Shown: positions 12,990 through 25,684 of the stretch, one piece after another | Layout of the letters: the number at the start of each line of letters is the position of its first letter | Position numbering within the stretch: position 1 is the stretch's first letter | From: Chiloscyllium plagiosum | Lineage: Eukaryota | Length of the DNA stretch: 41,049 nucleotides | Assembly (NCBI RefSeq): GCF_004010195.1 | Contig: NW_025214280.1 | Span: forward strand, 1-41,049 | Direction of reading: 5' to 3' | Program-made: the position numbers and the translations under genes | The notes under the pieces: model-generated | Databases searched by the model: none | The model's input: the letters and a program-made list of their open reading frames with translations, nothing else | What the model was told of the DNA's origin: nothing

Positions 12990-13550
12990 TAAAAACATAC
13001 AACACAGGAACGGGTCCTTCAAAAGACGAGTTTGTGCTGAACATGACGTTAAAGTAAACTCAACGCTTCTCCTGTACTTGAACATATTCCTCCATTCCCT
13101 CCATATTCATATGCTTATCGAAATGTTCCTGAAAGTGCTCTATCGTATCTGGATCCATGATCACCACTGACAGCGCGTTACAGACTCATATCACCGCCTG
13201 TAGAAACAAAAACTTGCTCCTCACATTCCTTTGAAATTTCCCCCACTTACCTTAGATGCATGCTCCCTAATTTTAGACATTTCAACTCAGCGAAAATGAT
13301 TCTGTAGGTCAACCTTTTCTATGCATGTCATGATTTATTTTTTCAAATTCTATCCTCCGCCACTGCAACGTTTTTCTGGAGTCACTTTATAGTTCGTGCC
13401 CTCTTTACCACGTAGCATCCTGGTAAAACTCTTGTGCACTCTTTCCATAGTTTCCAAATCCCTCCTGTAAACTTGCTTCCCAGAAATGAACTTGTTGCCT
13501 GACCAATGCCTTAGCAAGTTGCAACGTGATATCTTGTCTATTGTGTTAAA
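12990..13550 (-). mobile_element. CR1 LINE 3' fragment
   Basis: ORF 13350..13598 contains YRRDLETMERVHKSFTRMLRG, matching CR1 ORF2 LERVQKRFTRMLPG. A 3' UTR lies towards 12990. Confidence 0.75.
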
Positions 13551-13574
13551 TTTCCTGAACATGGATTCTGTATT

Positions 13575-13939
13575 ATAGATCAGTACAGCACAGGCCATTT
13601 GGCCCTCGATGCTTGGTCGGCCTTTTCATTGAAGCCCTACAGTGTGCAAACAGGCCATTAAACACAAGTACACACCGACCCTCTGAAAATCAGACAACCC
13701 AGAGCGATTCGATTACCTATCCCCACCGCACCCCACCGACTAATGTACCTAACTTAACAGTCCTGAATACTCTGGGTAACTTAGCATGGCCAATTCAACT
13801 AAACTGCACATCTTTGGACTGTGGGAGGAAACCGGAGAAAAAACATGCATCTACGGGGTGAATGTGCCATTTCCAGGCAGACAGCTGATCCCTGGCGCTG
13901 TGAGGCATTAGTGCTAACCACGGAGTCAACGTGCCGCCC
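13575..13939 (-). mobile_element. HE1-type tRNA-derived SINE
   Basis: ttagcatggccaattcaactaaactgcacatctttggactgtgggaggaaaccggag...ctggcgctgtgaggcattagtgctaaccacggagtcaacgtgccgccc is the antisense of the elasmobranch HE1 SINE head and body. Confidence 0.85.
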
Positions 13940-13974
13940 TTTTGTTACACTGTCAGATCAGACTAACTGAAATA

Positions 13975-14140
13975 TCATTCATGTACTGGCAAGCATTCCA
14001 CGTACCCACCCCTCTCTGAGTAAAGAATGCAACAGTGACGTCTTCCCTGAACTTCCAAATACCTGGGAAATGTGACTCCTTGCGATAACAATTTCTGCAC
14101 TGGGAAAACGTCTGGTTATCAAACTGCCTGTGCTTTGCAG
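13975..14140 (-). mobile_element. CR1 3' segment, left half of a LINE split by the Penelope insertion
   Basis: ORF 13953..14192 contains WKFREDVTVAFFTQRGVGTWNA, the CR1 ORF2 C-terminus (FFTQRVV..WN). The sequence resumes at 20533. Confidence 0.75.
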
Positions 14141-14189
14141 ATGCCGGTGTTGGACTGGTGTGTACAAAGTTAAAAATCACCCATGGAAG

Positions 14190-14224
14190 CACCAGCTTTC
14201 AGAGTGTTGTTCTTTCATCAGGTG
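14190..14224 (-). ncRNA. Decayed minimal type I hammerhead ribozyme motif in PLE pseudo-LTR
   Basis: The minus strand reads CAC CTGATGA AAGAACAACACTCT GAAA GCTG GTG. CUGAUGA and GAAA are intact and CAC/GTG forms helix I, but helix II and the NUH site are mutated. Confidence 0.65.
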
Positions 14225-16874
14225 GTTGTGGAGTATATGACTCAAAGAAACAGAATTTATAGCAAAAGCTTACAGCGTGGTGCAACAGAAATTATGCATT
14301 GAAAAATACCTTGATTGTTTGTTCAGTCTCTCATGTGTTAGAATGACCATGTTAGTTTCAGTTGTTTCATATGAAAATGGCAATAAGTTTTTTTTAAAAG
14401 TTATATTCTGCAGTGAAATTTAACAATTGGTGGCTGCCCAGATAATGTATTGAAGGTGTTAGCACCGCTGTGCGCTGCTGTCTGTGCCATAATGTTTAGA
14501 CTGATTCTAATTTTTAAAAAATTCACAGAATTGTCCATGGATTCAGTGTATATAGTGCAATTGTGTCACCTAAAGTGTGGCATGAACCCAAGGTTCGGGT
14601 TGAGGACATCCCTATGAGTAGTGAAGTTGGCTATCAGCCTCTGCTCGGCCACCTTTCGCTGTTGCCTATCCTGTAGTGCGCCTTGGAGGATGCTCACCCA
14701 AAAGTCCGAGGTCGAATGTCCCGGACGGCTAAAATGGTTTGCACATGGGAGGGAACATTCCTGTCTGTTGATTGTTGTTTGGTGCAGATTCATCCATTGC
14801 TTTATCCTCCACTCAGTTTCACCAATGTGCCATGACTCAGGGCATCCTTGCCGGCAGCGTATGAGATAGAAACAAATGGCTGAGTCGCATGAGTAACTGC
14901 CACGTACATTGTGGGAGTTGTCCTCATTTGTAATGGTGGTATACATATCCACACTCTGACACGTCTTTTCATGTCTACCGTGACAGGGTTGTATGGCGTT
15001 GTGCTGAAATCCAGGCAGTCTGTTGTGAACATTGATCTATTTGAGGTTTGGTGGGTTGTTTAAAAGCGGGCAATGGAGGTATAGGGAAATTATTGGCGAG
15101 GTCTCATCCTCACTGATGATGTGTTGCAGACCGCGAAAAACATGGCGTAGTTTTTCGGCTCCTGGGAAATACTGCACAACGAAGGGTGCCCTGTCAGTTG
15201 CAGCACGTGTCTGTCTCCTGAGGAGGTCATTGCGGTACCTTGCTGAAGGATGGTGGAACTGGCAATTGATGAGTTGAGCATCATACCCCATTCTTATGAG
15301 GGCATTCCTGAGTACGTACAGGTGCCCATCACGTTCCTCCTCATCTGAGGAAATCCGGTGTATGCATAGGGCTTGCTCGTAGAGGATGGCTGTTTTGATC
15401 TGTTTTGGCGGAAGCTGGAGAAGTGTAGCATTGTCAGTTTATCCATGAGTTTGTGGAAGAATGAGGCCCATCCTTCATTGAGATGCATGTGTCCAAGAAT
15501 GAGACAGATAGTAGAGAATAGTCCATGGTGGGATGAGACTTGTCGATATCACTGTGTATCTTTATCATTTACTCCTCGCTTTGGGTCCAGAAGAAGAAAA
15601 TGTCGTCTATGTTCCTGGTGTATGATATTGGTCAGAGGTCCTGCGCAGGGAAGTCTTGTTCAAACGTTTGCATGAAAATGTTGGCAAATTTGGATGCACA
15701 TTTGGTCCGCATGGCTGTTCTGTGTGTGTGGATGAAGAACTGGTTGTCAAGGGTGGTTGCAATCAAGGATATAGTGGATGAGTTGTAGGACGGCGTTTGG
15801 AGATTATCAGTTGCTGGTATTGAGTACTGAGGTTGTTGCCACGATGACGTCATTGTGGGGGTTTGCTGATGTAGAAACCTGAAACGTTCATTGTGAAGAG
15901 GAATGCTCCCGATTTGACTGGTCCACGGGGGATTAAGTTTCGGTAAGAAATCTGTAGTGTCACGACAGAAGCTGGGCAATCCCCTGTACAATGGGTTTCA
16001 AGATGCTTCGACATAACCAGAGAGGTTCGCACGCAGGGTCCCATTGCCTGATACGATGGGCGGTTCTGGTGTATTGGCTTTGTGCACCTTTGGAATGCAG
16101 CAGAAGTCGCCGAGGCGAGGAGTACGTGGGATGAGGGCGCGTAGGAAACTCTGAAGGAGTGGAACCAAAGTTTTAGTCAATGTGTGCAATTCACGGGTGT
16201 GTTCTTTGGTCGGATTGGCGGTAGTTGGCTGCAGTGTACCTAGTTTTTCACTTGCAGTAATCTGTTCTATTCTGAATGAAGATGGTGCTTCCTTTACCTG
16301 TTGGCTTAATGACAATGTTGTGATTGGTTTTGTGGTTGGATGTCGCTGCATTGAGAGGGAATGATGTTTTGCTCTGCTTTGTGCATGAGGCTACTGTCGG
16401 AAATACCAAGTTTATACAGTTTTTTTTGGTTCTTGGTGTGCATGTACGTAGTGTATATTTGTCGCCTTGTCTGTTTGGCAATGTCCCGTATCAGTACTGC
16501 TGTGTACTGAGTGCACGCTGAGAGTGTGGACTCTATCTGAATTTCAAGTTTGTGGCGTCTGCTGTATAGTTGTTGCTCGAGATGATTGAGTTGTTTGCGA
16601 GAGGTTCAGTGGCAAAGTCCCTCTGTGTAGCCTGTGTTGTAGGTCGGTTTGAGCCGTTTCGTGATCCGTACATTTCTTGTAAATTTCCCTGTTTGTGCAG
16701 AAACTTGATGTCTCTGTCAATATGTGCCATCTTCTGGGAGATCCATTCCACTTTTAGCCAGCAGTTAGCGGTGTCGATCATAGCCATGATTTGCAGGTGA
16801 CGGTGTTGGACTGGGGTATACAAAGTTAAATATCACACAACATCAGGTTATAGATGAACGTGTTTAATTGGAAG

Positions 16875-16909
16875 CACTAGCTTTCGGAGAGCTGCACCTT
16901 CATTCGGTG
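16875..16909 (-). ncRNA. Decayed minimal hammerhead ribozyme motif in the 5' pseudo-LTR
   Basis: The minus strand reads CAC CGAATGA AGGTGCAGCTCTCC GAAA GCTA GTG. GAAA-GC-UA and helix I are intact, and the CUGAUGA box is mutated. Confidence 0.6.
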
Positions 16910-17821
16910 GCTGTGGTGTGCATAATTGTAAGACACAGCATTTACAGCAAAAGCTTACAGTGTGATAATGTACACATTGAAAAATACCTTGATCGTTTGT
17001 TAAGTTAGAATGACTGTGCTACTTTCACTTCTTTCATATGTAAATCGCAAAATTATATTTTAAAGTTACATTCTCAATGTGATTCAACTATTGGTGTCAG
17101 CCCAGGTAATGTATTGAAGGTGTTAGCCCCCTGAGTTCTGCTGTCTATGCTGTAATGTTTGACACAATTGTAAGACACATAATTTATAGCAAAACTTTAC
17201 AGTGTGATGTAACTGAAATTATATATTGAAAAAATACCTTGATTGTTTGTTGAGTCTTTCATCTGTTCGAATACCATGGTAGTTTCACTTCTTTTATGTG
17301 TAAATCACAAAACGTTTCTTAAAAGTTGCATTCTCAGGTTAAATGTAACAATTGGTGTTAGCTAGACGACATGTTGAAGGTTTTAGCCCTCTGTGTTCTG
17401 CCTGTGCCATGATGCTTAGATTGATTCTAATCTGAGAAAACAATTAACAGAATCTTACAAGAATCCATGCAGTTTTTGAGCAAAGTACAATATAACTCTG
17501 CAAGCACAAATTCACACCACAAACGTATGTGTGTGTGTATGTGTGTGCGCGTGTGAGCATGTGTGTTGTGGCGGTTGTTGACAGTGTCTGTGAGAGAGTG
17601 TATATATATATATGTGTGTATGTGAGTGCAGAGTGGTCTAAGTCTGTTAGAGGGCGCATGTGAGAGTATGGGAGTGTGTGTATCAGTAGAAGTGTATGTC
17701 TGTGGAAGTGTCTGTATGTGAGTTATTGTGTGTGTTTATGTATGGTGTGTGTGCGTTGGATGCCCTCAACCGGTACGTTGGGTTTGTTTCACACAACAGG
17801 TGACCCAATTACACTATACAA

Positions 17822-19745
17822 AGAAGAACAAAGAACTAAAAAGAACAAAGACAATTTACAGCACAGGAACAGGCCCTTCGGCCCTCCAAACCTGACCCAA
17901 CCAAATCTACTGTCTAAGCCTGTCGCACAATTCCTCTGCTCCCCACCTACTCATGCATCTGTCCAGACGTCGCTTAAATGAATCTACCGTGCCTGCCTCT
18001 ACCACTACTACTGGCAACGTGTTCAAACTACCCAATTCGCTTTGTTTAAAGTACATGCCGCGTGTATCCCCCTTAAACTTTTCACCTCTCCCCTTGAAAG
18101 CGTGACCTCTCGTGGTCGACTCATTCACCATGGGAAAAAGCTTTTTCGCGTTCTTCCCTGTCTATACCATTCATGATTTTTTAAAACTCAGTCAGGTCTC
18201 CCCCCAATCTTCTTTCTAATGAGAACATAACCTACTCAATGTCTCTTCATACATAGCACCTTCCATACCAGGTAACATCCTCATAAAACTTCTCTGCACC
18301 CTCTCCAAAGCGTCCACATCATTTTGGTAATGTAGCGACAGAAACTGTACACAGTATTCTAAATGTCTTGTTCAACTTTCACATGACCTGAAAGCTCTTA
18401 TACTCAATACGCCCTCCGATGACGTTAAGCATACCATATGCCTTCTTGACCATTCTATGCACCTGTGCAGTAACCTTCAGGTCACATTGGACCTGCACTC
18501 ACAGATTTCTCTGTTCAGCACATTTTCAAAGGTTGTTCCTTTCACAGTATATTTCGCTCTAGAATTAGACTTGTCTAGACGTTAAGCATACCATATGCCT
18601 TCTTGACCATTCTATGCACCTGTGCAGTAACCTTCAGGTCACATTGGACCTGCACTCACAGATTTCTCTGTTCAGCACATTTTCAAAGGTTGTTCCTTTC
18701 ACAGTATATTTCGCTCTAGAATTAGACTTGTCTAAATGCATCATCCCACATTTGTCTGGAATGAACTCCATCTGCCAATTTACCACCCAAATCCCTCGTC
18801 GATCTATATGTTCCTATATTCTTTGACAGCTCCTTATACATTCTGCTACTCCACCAATCTTTGTGTCATCTGCTAACTTGCTGATCATAACAACAATGAC
18901 CTTTTCCAGATAATTTACGTATATCAAAAACAACAATGGCCCCAGCACTGATCCTTGTGGAATTTCTCCATTTCACTCCCTTAAACTACTATACTCTATC
19001 TCCTTTTGCTCAACCAGTCCTTTATCCAGTTAGCTAGAAAACGCAGCACACCATCTGCCTTCAAACGCCTTACTGCAGTCCGTGTATATGACATCAACAG
19101 CCCTTCCTTCATCTCTCAATTCTCTCAAATAACTCTATTAAGTTGTTAAGGCACGATTTCAACAGCAGAAAACTATGTTGTCCATCACTGATAAACCCAT
19201 TTTTTAATAAATATAAATAGATCTTATACCTCAGTACCTTGTCCAGCAACTTTCCCACCACTAACGTCAGGCTCACTGGTCTGTAGCTACCCAGAATATC
19301 CCTACTACCCTTCTTGTACAGGGGGATACCATGAGCAACTTTCCAGTCCTGTGGGACCTCATTTCTGTTTCAGGATGCGGAAAAGAAATCTGACAGTGTT
19401 CCAGCTATTTCCTCTCTCGTCTCCCTCAGCAACCTGGCATAGATCCTATCAGATGCTGGGGATTTGTCCACCATAATAACCTCTAGCCTCGCCAACACAT
19501 GTTCCCTATATATGTCAACATGATCCAGAATAATCAAACTTCTATCTCTAATCTCAACATTCATCAGGTTCCTCCCCTCAGTGAACAATGATGCAAAGTC
19601 ATCATTCAGAATCTCACCCATTCTCACAAAGCCTTCATTCATTCTCATTTATTGGAGCAATCCTCTCTCTGGTTACACACTTGCTTCTAAATTCAGAATG
19701 AAATACTTTGGGATTCTCTTTAATTCTCTTCGCTTAAGCTATTGC
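17822..19745 (-). mobile_element. 5'-truncated CR1 LINE with 3' tail, nested between the inverted PLE termini
   Basis: Tail aagaacaaagaac... at about 17822. ORFs read TTRGHAFKGRGEKFKGDTRGMYF and EILNDDFASLFT...VDKSPASDRIYARLLRETREEIAG (CR1 ORF2). Confidence 0.9.
18421..18734. repeat. Perfect 157-bp tandem duplication (18421-18577 / 18578-18734)
   Basis: The two copies read identically by eye. Confidence 0.95.
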
Positions 19746-19754
19746 ATGAGCTAT

Positions 19755-20533
19755 AGACGCACAGAGACATCCCTACACGCACACACGCTGAAATAAACAC
19801 TCACAAACGCTTAAACAAACAGACACACACGCACACAAAGCGGAACATCTACATGCGTGCGCACATACACAGGCACTCCTACACACACACACACATACAT
19901 ATGCAGACACTCCCACAGACACACACATTCCTACAGACATACACTCGCACACTCACACATGCACCTTCTCACAGACACTTAAAGCCCTCTACATTCAAAT
20001 ATTCTCTCTCACAGACCCTCACAACCGTCCCCCCAACACACAAACCCACATGCACATATTTACATATATGTGTGTGAGGTGATTTTTTATTTGTAGATTT
20101 ACATTGAACTTTGCTCAAAAACTGCATGAATCTATGTAAGATTCTGTGAATTCATTTTCTTTAGATTAGAATCAGTCTAAACATTATGGAAAAGACAGCA
20201 GCACAGAGGGGGGCGAACAACATCAATACATTACCTGTGTTGACAACAAGTGTTAAAGTTCATTGAGAATGTAACTTCCAAAAAAAGGTTTGTGATTTAC
20301 ACATGAAAGAAGTGAAACTAATATGGTAATTCTAACAAATGAGAGACTAAACAAACAATCAAGGTATTTTTCAATGTATAATTTCTTTTACATCACACTG
20401 TCAATGTTTGCTATAAATTCTGTGTCTTACAATCGAGTACTCCACAAACACCAGATGCAGGAGCAGCTCTCCGAAAGCTACAGCTTCCATTTAAACCTGT
20501 TGAACTAAAATCTGGTGTTGTGTGATTTTTAAC
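19755..20533 (+). mobile_element. Inverted copy of the Penelope pseudo-LTR (with CA-rich tract and decayed hammerhead at 20449-20483)
   Basis: Reverse-complement homology to 16825-17755, e.g. tttgctataaattctgtgtcttacaat and ccgaaagcta...aaacctgttgaactaaaatctggtgttgtgtgatttttaac. Confidence 0.9.
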
Positions 20534-22930
20534 AATCTTTCTATGCCTTGCAGCATCTTTTACACGGCTATCAGGATATCTCTCAACCTTAGTCACTTCA
20601 ATAAGGAAAGACGTATCACCCCCTCAACCTTTTTCCACAGGACATTCCCTCCAGTCCCGGCAGCATTCTGGTAAATGTACAGTGCGTCCACTGTAAACCT
20701 TCCATATCTTTCTTATAATGATGCGACCAGAAAGGAACACAATATTCCAAGAGTCGTCTAACGAGGCCTTTGTAGGGTTGCAGCACAATCCGTGGCTCTT
20801 AATCTCAATTACTCCTATATTGAAAGCTAACCCACTATGCACTTTCTTCACAACCCTATCCACCTGCGTGGAAACATTGAGGGATGTATTAACATGAACT
20901 CCTAGTTACCTCTATTCCTCCACACTTCCAACAACCCTGCCTTTAACCATGTAATCTGCATTAAAATTCCACCTTTAAAAACGTATCACGTCACAGTTTT
21001 CTAGGTTGAAATTCATCTGCCACTTAACAGCGGAACTCTGTGCAGCTGCAAGCTAAAGCATTTCTCCACATTATTCACAACTCAACTCCGCCAACCATCG
21101 TGTCATTAGCAGTCTGACTAACGCACCCTTTCACCTTCTCATCCAAACCATTTATAAATATCACCCACAGCAAAGATCCAAGAACGGATTCCAGCAGAAC
21201 ACCGAGCTCCACGCTGAATACTTTCATCAAGCACCACCCTCTGTCTTTTTATGGGCCAACCAATTCTGTATCAATACAGACAAGTTAGCCGGTTTCCAAC
21301 GCCATCTTAGTTTCTGACTGAGGCTACCATGGGGAACCTCATCAAATGCCTTATAAAATCTATGTATAATGCATCCACTGCTCTACCTCCATCAACATGT
21401 TTTGTCGCATTCTCAAAAAATTCAATAAGTTTTGTGAGGCGTGACCCGGGCCGGCACAACGTGGTTGTGGCAATGTCTAATCATATATAGTTTTCGAAGT
21501 AATCGCAAATCCTGTCTCTAAGAATCATCTTCAATAATTTGCCCACCACTGCCTTTAGACTAACTGGTCTGTAATTCCCAGGTATATCCCTAATCCCTTC
21601 TTTGAACAAAGGAATAATTTTTTCCACTCTCCAACATTTGGAACAACTCCAGTTGGCAGTCGCCAAAGCAGCAGAAACCTCTTTCCAAGCTTTTTGTGGT
21701 AACCTACGGAATATTCCATCTGACTCATATTATTTAACAATTCTGACTTATTTCTAAACTTTCGATCCATCCTCCTTCCGAACTTCAACCTATTCCAGCA
21801 TATCAGTCTGTTTCACGGTGTCTTCAGAAATGTCAATTCTCTTGCAGGAGCGAATACTGAAGCAAAGTAGTCATTATGGAGGTCCTCTACGTCCTCTGAC
21901 TCCAGGCGTAAGTTCCCTTCACTACCCGTGACCGACACTGGCCGTCTTTCTTGTTCCTCATAAAAGTGTAGAAGGATTTAGGGTTTTCTTAATGCTACCC
22001 GTTAAATCTTTTCTTCTTTTCATCTTATATCTCTCATCAGTCCGCTCTTCCATTCCTTCCTTGCTGACTTTTGACCCTCTGAAGACCTGTCTGATTTTTG
22101 CCTCCTCAAGTTTAAGTCAGCTTCCTTCTTCTTCTTGACTAGATGTTTCACATTCCTTATCACCCAAGATTCTTTCAACCTAATATCCCTTCCTTGCCTC
22201 AGTGTGACAAACGTGTGCCGCCACTATTAGTAGTTGCTTCTTAACATTTGCGTTGTGCATTTCCCTGAGAACATCTTTTTTCCAAATTTAGGCGCCAAGT
22301 TCCTGCCGAATGGCATTGTATTTCCCCCTTCCCCAATTAAATAAATTCCATACGGTGTGCTCCTACGATTCTCCATGGATACAGTAAAGATCATGGATTT
22401 CGGACCACTATTATTGGTGTGCTCTACCAAAGAGAGATCTGACAGCTGGCAGTGTTTGTTGCAGGGCACCAAATCCAATGTAGCCTCCCGTCTCATCGGC
22501 CTATCGGCATATTGCGTCAGAAAACCCTCCTGGACACACGTGAATAAAACTGTTCCATTCGAACGATCTGAACTAAGGAGGATCAAACCTAATTATAGAA
22601 GTTAATGTTACCTATAGCAAGAAACTTGTCACTTGTGCACTTTTCCAATATCTGTCACCCAATCTGCTCCTCCGCGCCTCCGTTGTGATGGGGGACCTAA
22701 AGAATTCTCCCAATAAAGTGATTGCTCCTTTCCCGTTTCTGACTTCACCCGTACATACTATGCAGACGAAACCACTTTGAAGATCGACCTTTCTTCAGCT
22801 ATGATGCTATTCCTGATTAACAATGCCACTCCTTCAAGTATTTTACCTTCCCGCAATACCATTCGAAACATCTAAGCCCGAAACATCCAACAATCATTCT
22901 TGCCACAGTGATATCCAGGTTTCCCTACAT
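20533..22930 (-). mobile_element. Decayed CR1 LINE ORF2 (right half of the LINE split by Penelope)
   Basis: ORFs read IIPLFKEGIRDIPGNYRPVSLKAVVGKLLKMILRD and CVQEGFLTQYADRPMRREATLDLV. Confidence 0.9.
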
Positions 22931-23256
22931 TGTTGAGATGACAGATCCTTTCAGAACTAAAGTCATGTTCTTTCGACGGTTGGACTGTGCCTTTTCTTCT
23001 CTGATGTCAGAATGTTCAATTTGCCCCTCATCGAAACACGTATGGTATCATACAGTACTTTACTACAGGAAGTTCACTCTTAAAACGTGCATAAAGTTTA
23101 ATTCTGAGCCATACTTGAAAAGTGAAATATTACCATTAATGTTAACAGTGGAACACAGTAGAGCATCCACCTGTGGGTGCATTGAGAGATACGTAACGAA
23201 AACAAACTAATTTGATGCTTCTCCATTCGAAGCAAATTTATTGAGTTCACAACAGA

Positions 23257-24157
23257 GATTTGGGGTAGATGAAATTGTGTACAGAGATTAAAAATGTCAC
23301 CAAAACGGACAAGTGAGGGAACTACTCAGCACTAAAGGTTCCCCGAGCGGATCTGTGATGGTACTGTGGAGGCAAAATATTGAGATCCATCATACCTCCA
23401 GATTGGAGAGGGATATGTGCAATTGTACAATTGGCAATTCCATTTACCCTGGCATTTGAGAAGGAAAGGATAGTAGGTAAAAAGGGAAGGGGTAAGAGAT
23501 TTTTGTTAGACACTTCTTTCGATGACAGGATTTATCTAGATTCTATAGGAGTCCCGAGCGGGGTTACCTGATGAGTTCAAGGTTCGCAACCAGATTGCAG
23601 CAGGCTTTGAGTCATCTCTTTTCTGTAGGGTAACAATTAATAAAAATGTAGATTGGATAAATTACAGTTTCTATAATTAACAGTGAGTTATAAATTATAC
23701 AAGAGATTTGGTTAAAGGAAAATCAGAACAGCTTGATGCGACAAGTAGGGTGGCATGGGAAAATAGAATGGCTCTTGATATATTTTTAGGAGAAAAAGGG
23801 TGTGTGTGTGTGCGATGTTAGGAAGAAGCTGTTGTACCTTGATTCCTTATAACACTGTGCCTGATGGTACAATTACTCGGGCCTAAAGGGGATTGACTAC
23901 CTGAGCAGAGGAACTGGCTGAGAATTCAAGAGTAGACACATCTCTCACGCGATGGCTTGAATCATGGTTTGGAAAATGGAAAGGGATGGTGGTTTCCTTC
24001 CTTACTTCCTGATAGTAGTAGTCCGGGTGTTGGTGGCCATTGGCTGTTTTATCATACACTGTATACGAGGGCTCACCCAAAGACTGATTTGGACAGCATT
24101 AATGAAACAGATGCCCCCAAAAAGGAAATCAGGCAGAGGAACTTTATCGACTAAATA
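23257..24157 (+). pseudogene. env: Endogenous retrovirus env remnant (SU C-terminus + TM, gamma-type/class I), copy 1
   Basis: Manual translation gives WYCGGKILRSIIPPDWRGICAIVQLAIPF...RGKR (furin site)...IYLDSIGVP.GVPDEFKVRNQIAAGFES...TINKNVDWINY...WENRMALD(M/I)...EKG.C, CxMLGRSCC (CX6CC), GWLESWFGKW and a hydrophobic TM segment. Contains stops and frameshifts. Confidence 0.92.
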
Positions 24158-24279
24158 ATGAGGGGATGAGTGAGACCAAGATGAATGAAATCTCCGGAAT
24201 GATGCTTGCGAATTTTGGGGCGATGTTTAAAAGAAAAATGCAGAAGGTAACAATTGGCAATTAATGAAAAAGGGGAAAT

Positions 24280-24856
24280 TGTGGGATATAGGTAAAGTAG
24301 TGCTACTTCTGCATTTATAATGACTTATGCAATGTAAGTGAGCTCACACCAGTGTGTAATTGTTTCATCTAAGAGCTGAGTCAACAAGAATGCAAACTAT
24401 GTGGAGGAAATATATAATTGGTTTTGTATTAGCTAAAATTGTATGCAAGAATGAAACGTGACTGCAAAACAACGGTAGATGTTACAGACAAATAGATAAG
24501 ATGCTGTGATAATGTAGTTTAAGCCAGATATGCTTGCACAAGCAGTAGTTATAAGCATCTGTTTCCCAGTTTTACAGAAATACAGGAAAAAACCCCAGTT
24601 AAAATGTCATAAGGATCAGTATGGTTGGGGAAAGCACAGATGGAGGGAGTAGATAATGATGAAGAAAGGTATACCTAACAATGGGCCACAGCGGGATGTG
24701 GTCAAACGGCCTTGTGAGGCTATAATTAAGCATTTTGTCACAGACAAGGCCGGATAAGGCAAGAGATAAACAGGAGTAATGGGTGCCGGTCTTAGAGAAG
24801 TGGAAGATGTAAATGCGGAGGAGCAATTGGATAAAAAAAGGAACCAAATTACATAA
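24280..24856 (+). mobile_element. Truncated ERV LTR (U3 part), copy 1
   Basis: Follows the polypurine tract gaaaaaggggaaa, starts with TG, and is near-identical to 25685-26261. It is cut off at the duplication junction. Confidence 0.88.
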
Positions 24857-25562
24857 GCATTTGAGAAGGAAAGGATAGTAGGTAAAAAGGGAAGGGGTAA
24901 GAGATTTTTGTTAGACACTTCTTTCGATGACAGGATTTATCTAGATTCTATAGGAGTCCGAGCGGGGTTACCTGATGAGTTCAAGGTTCGCAACCAGATT
25001 GCAGCAGGCTTTGAGTCAGCTCTCTTCTGTAGGGTAACAATTAATGAAAATGTAGATTGGATAAATTACATTTTCTATAATTAACAGTGAGTTATAAATT
25101 ATACAAGAGATGTGGTTAAAGGAAAATCAGAACAGCTTGATGCGACAAGTAGGGTGGCATGGGAAAATAGAATGGCCCTTGATATGATATTAGGGGAAAA
25201 AGGGTGTGTGTGTGTGCGATGTTAGGAAGAAGCTGTTGTACCTTGATTCCTTATAATACTGTGCCTGATGGTACAATTACTAGGGCCTTAAGGGGATTGA
25301 CTACCTGAGCAGAGGAACTGGTTGAGAATTCAAGAGTAGACACATCTCTCACGGGATGGCTTGAATCATGGTTTGGAAAATGGAAAGGGGTGGTGGTTTC
25401 CTTCCTTACTTCCCTGATAGTAGTAGTCCGGGTATTGGTGGCCATTGGCTGTTTTATCATACACTGTATACGAGGGCTCACCCAAAGACTGATTGAGACA
25501 GCATTAATGAAACAGATGCCCCCTAAAAGGAAATCAGGCAGAGGAACCTTATCGACTAAATA
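24857..25562 (+). pseudogene. env: ERV env remnant, duplicated copy 2
   Basis: Near-identical to 23452-24157 at an offset of 1405 bp. Reads WENRMALDMILGEKG and QRLIETALMKQM. Confidence 0.92.
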
Positions 25563-25684
25563 ATGAGGGGATGAGTGAGACCAAGATGAATGAAATCTCC
25601 GGAATGATGCTTGCGAATTTTGGGGCGATGTTTAAAAGAAAAATGCAGAAGGTAACAATTGGCAATTAATGAAAAAGGGGAAAT

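Larger units (their letters stand above)
14134..17755 (-). mobile_element. Nearly full-length decayed Penelope-like retroelement (RT + GIY-YIG) with direct pseudo-LTRs
   Basis: Ordered fragments on the minus strand: N-terminus (16823), NIVIKPTGKG (IKPADKG), IPKVHKANTPEPPIVSGNG, RDTTDFL, TAMRTKCASKFANIFM, YTRNIDDIFFFW (about 15585-15620), and YLIRCRQGCPESWHIGET...HFSRPGHS...AEQRLI (14566-14952). Terminal repeat 14134-14560 matches 16790-17520, and both encode YTPVQHRHLQ. Confidence 0.93.

Noticed and set aside
14566..16823. Active Penelope RT/endonuclease CDS
   Set aside because: It is broken into many frames with stops, and conserved motifs are mutated (YIDD to NIDD, YIG to HIG).
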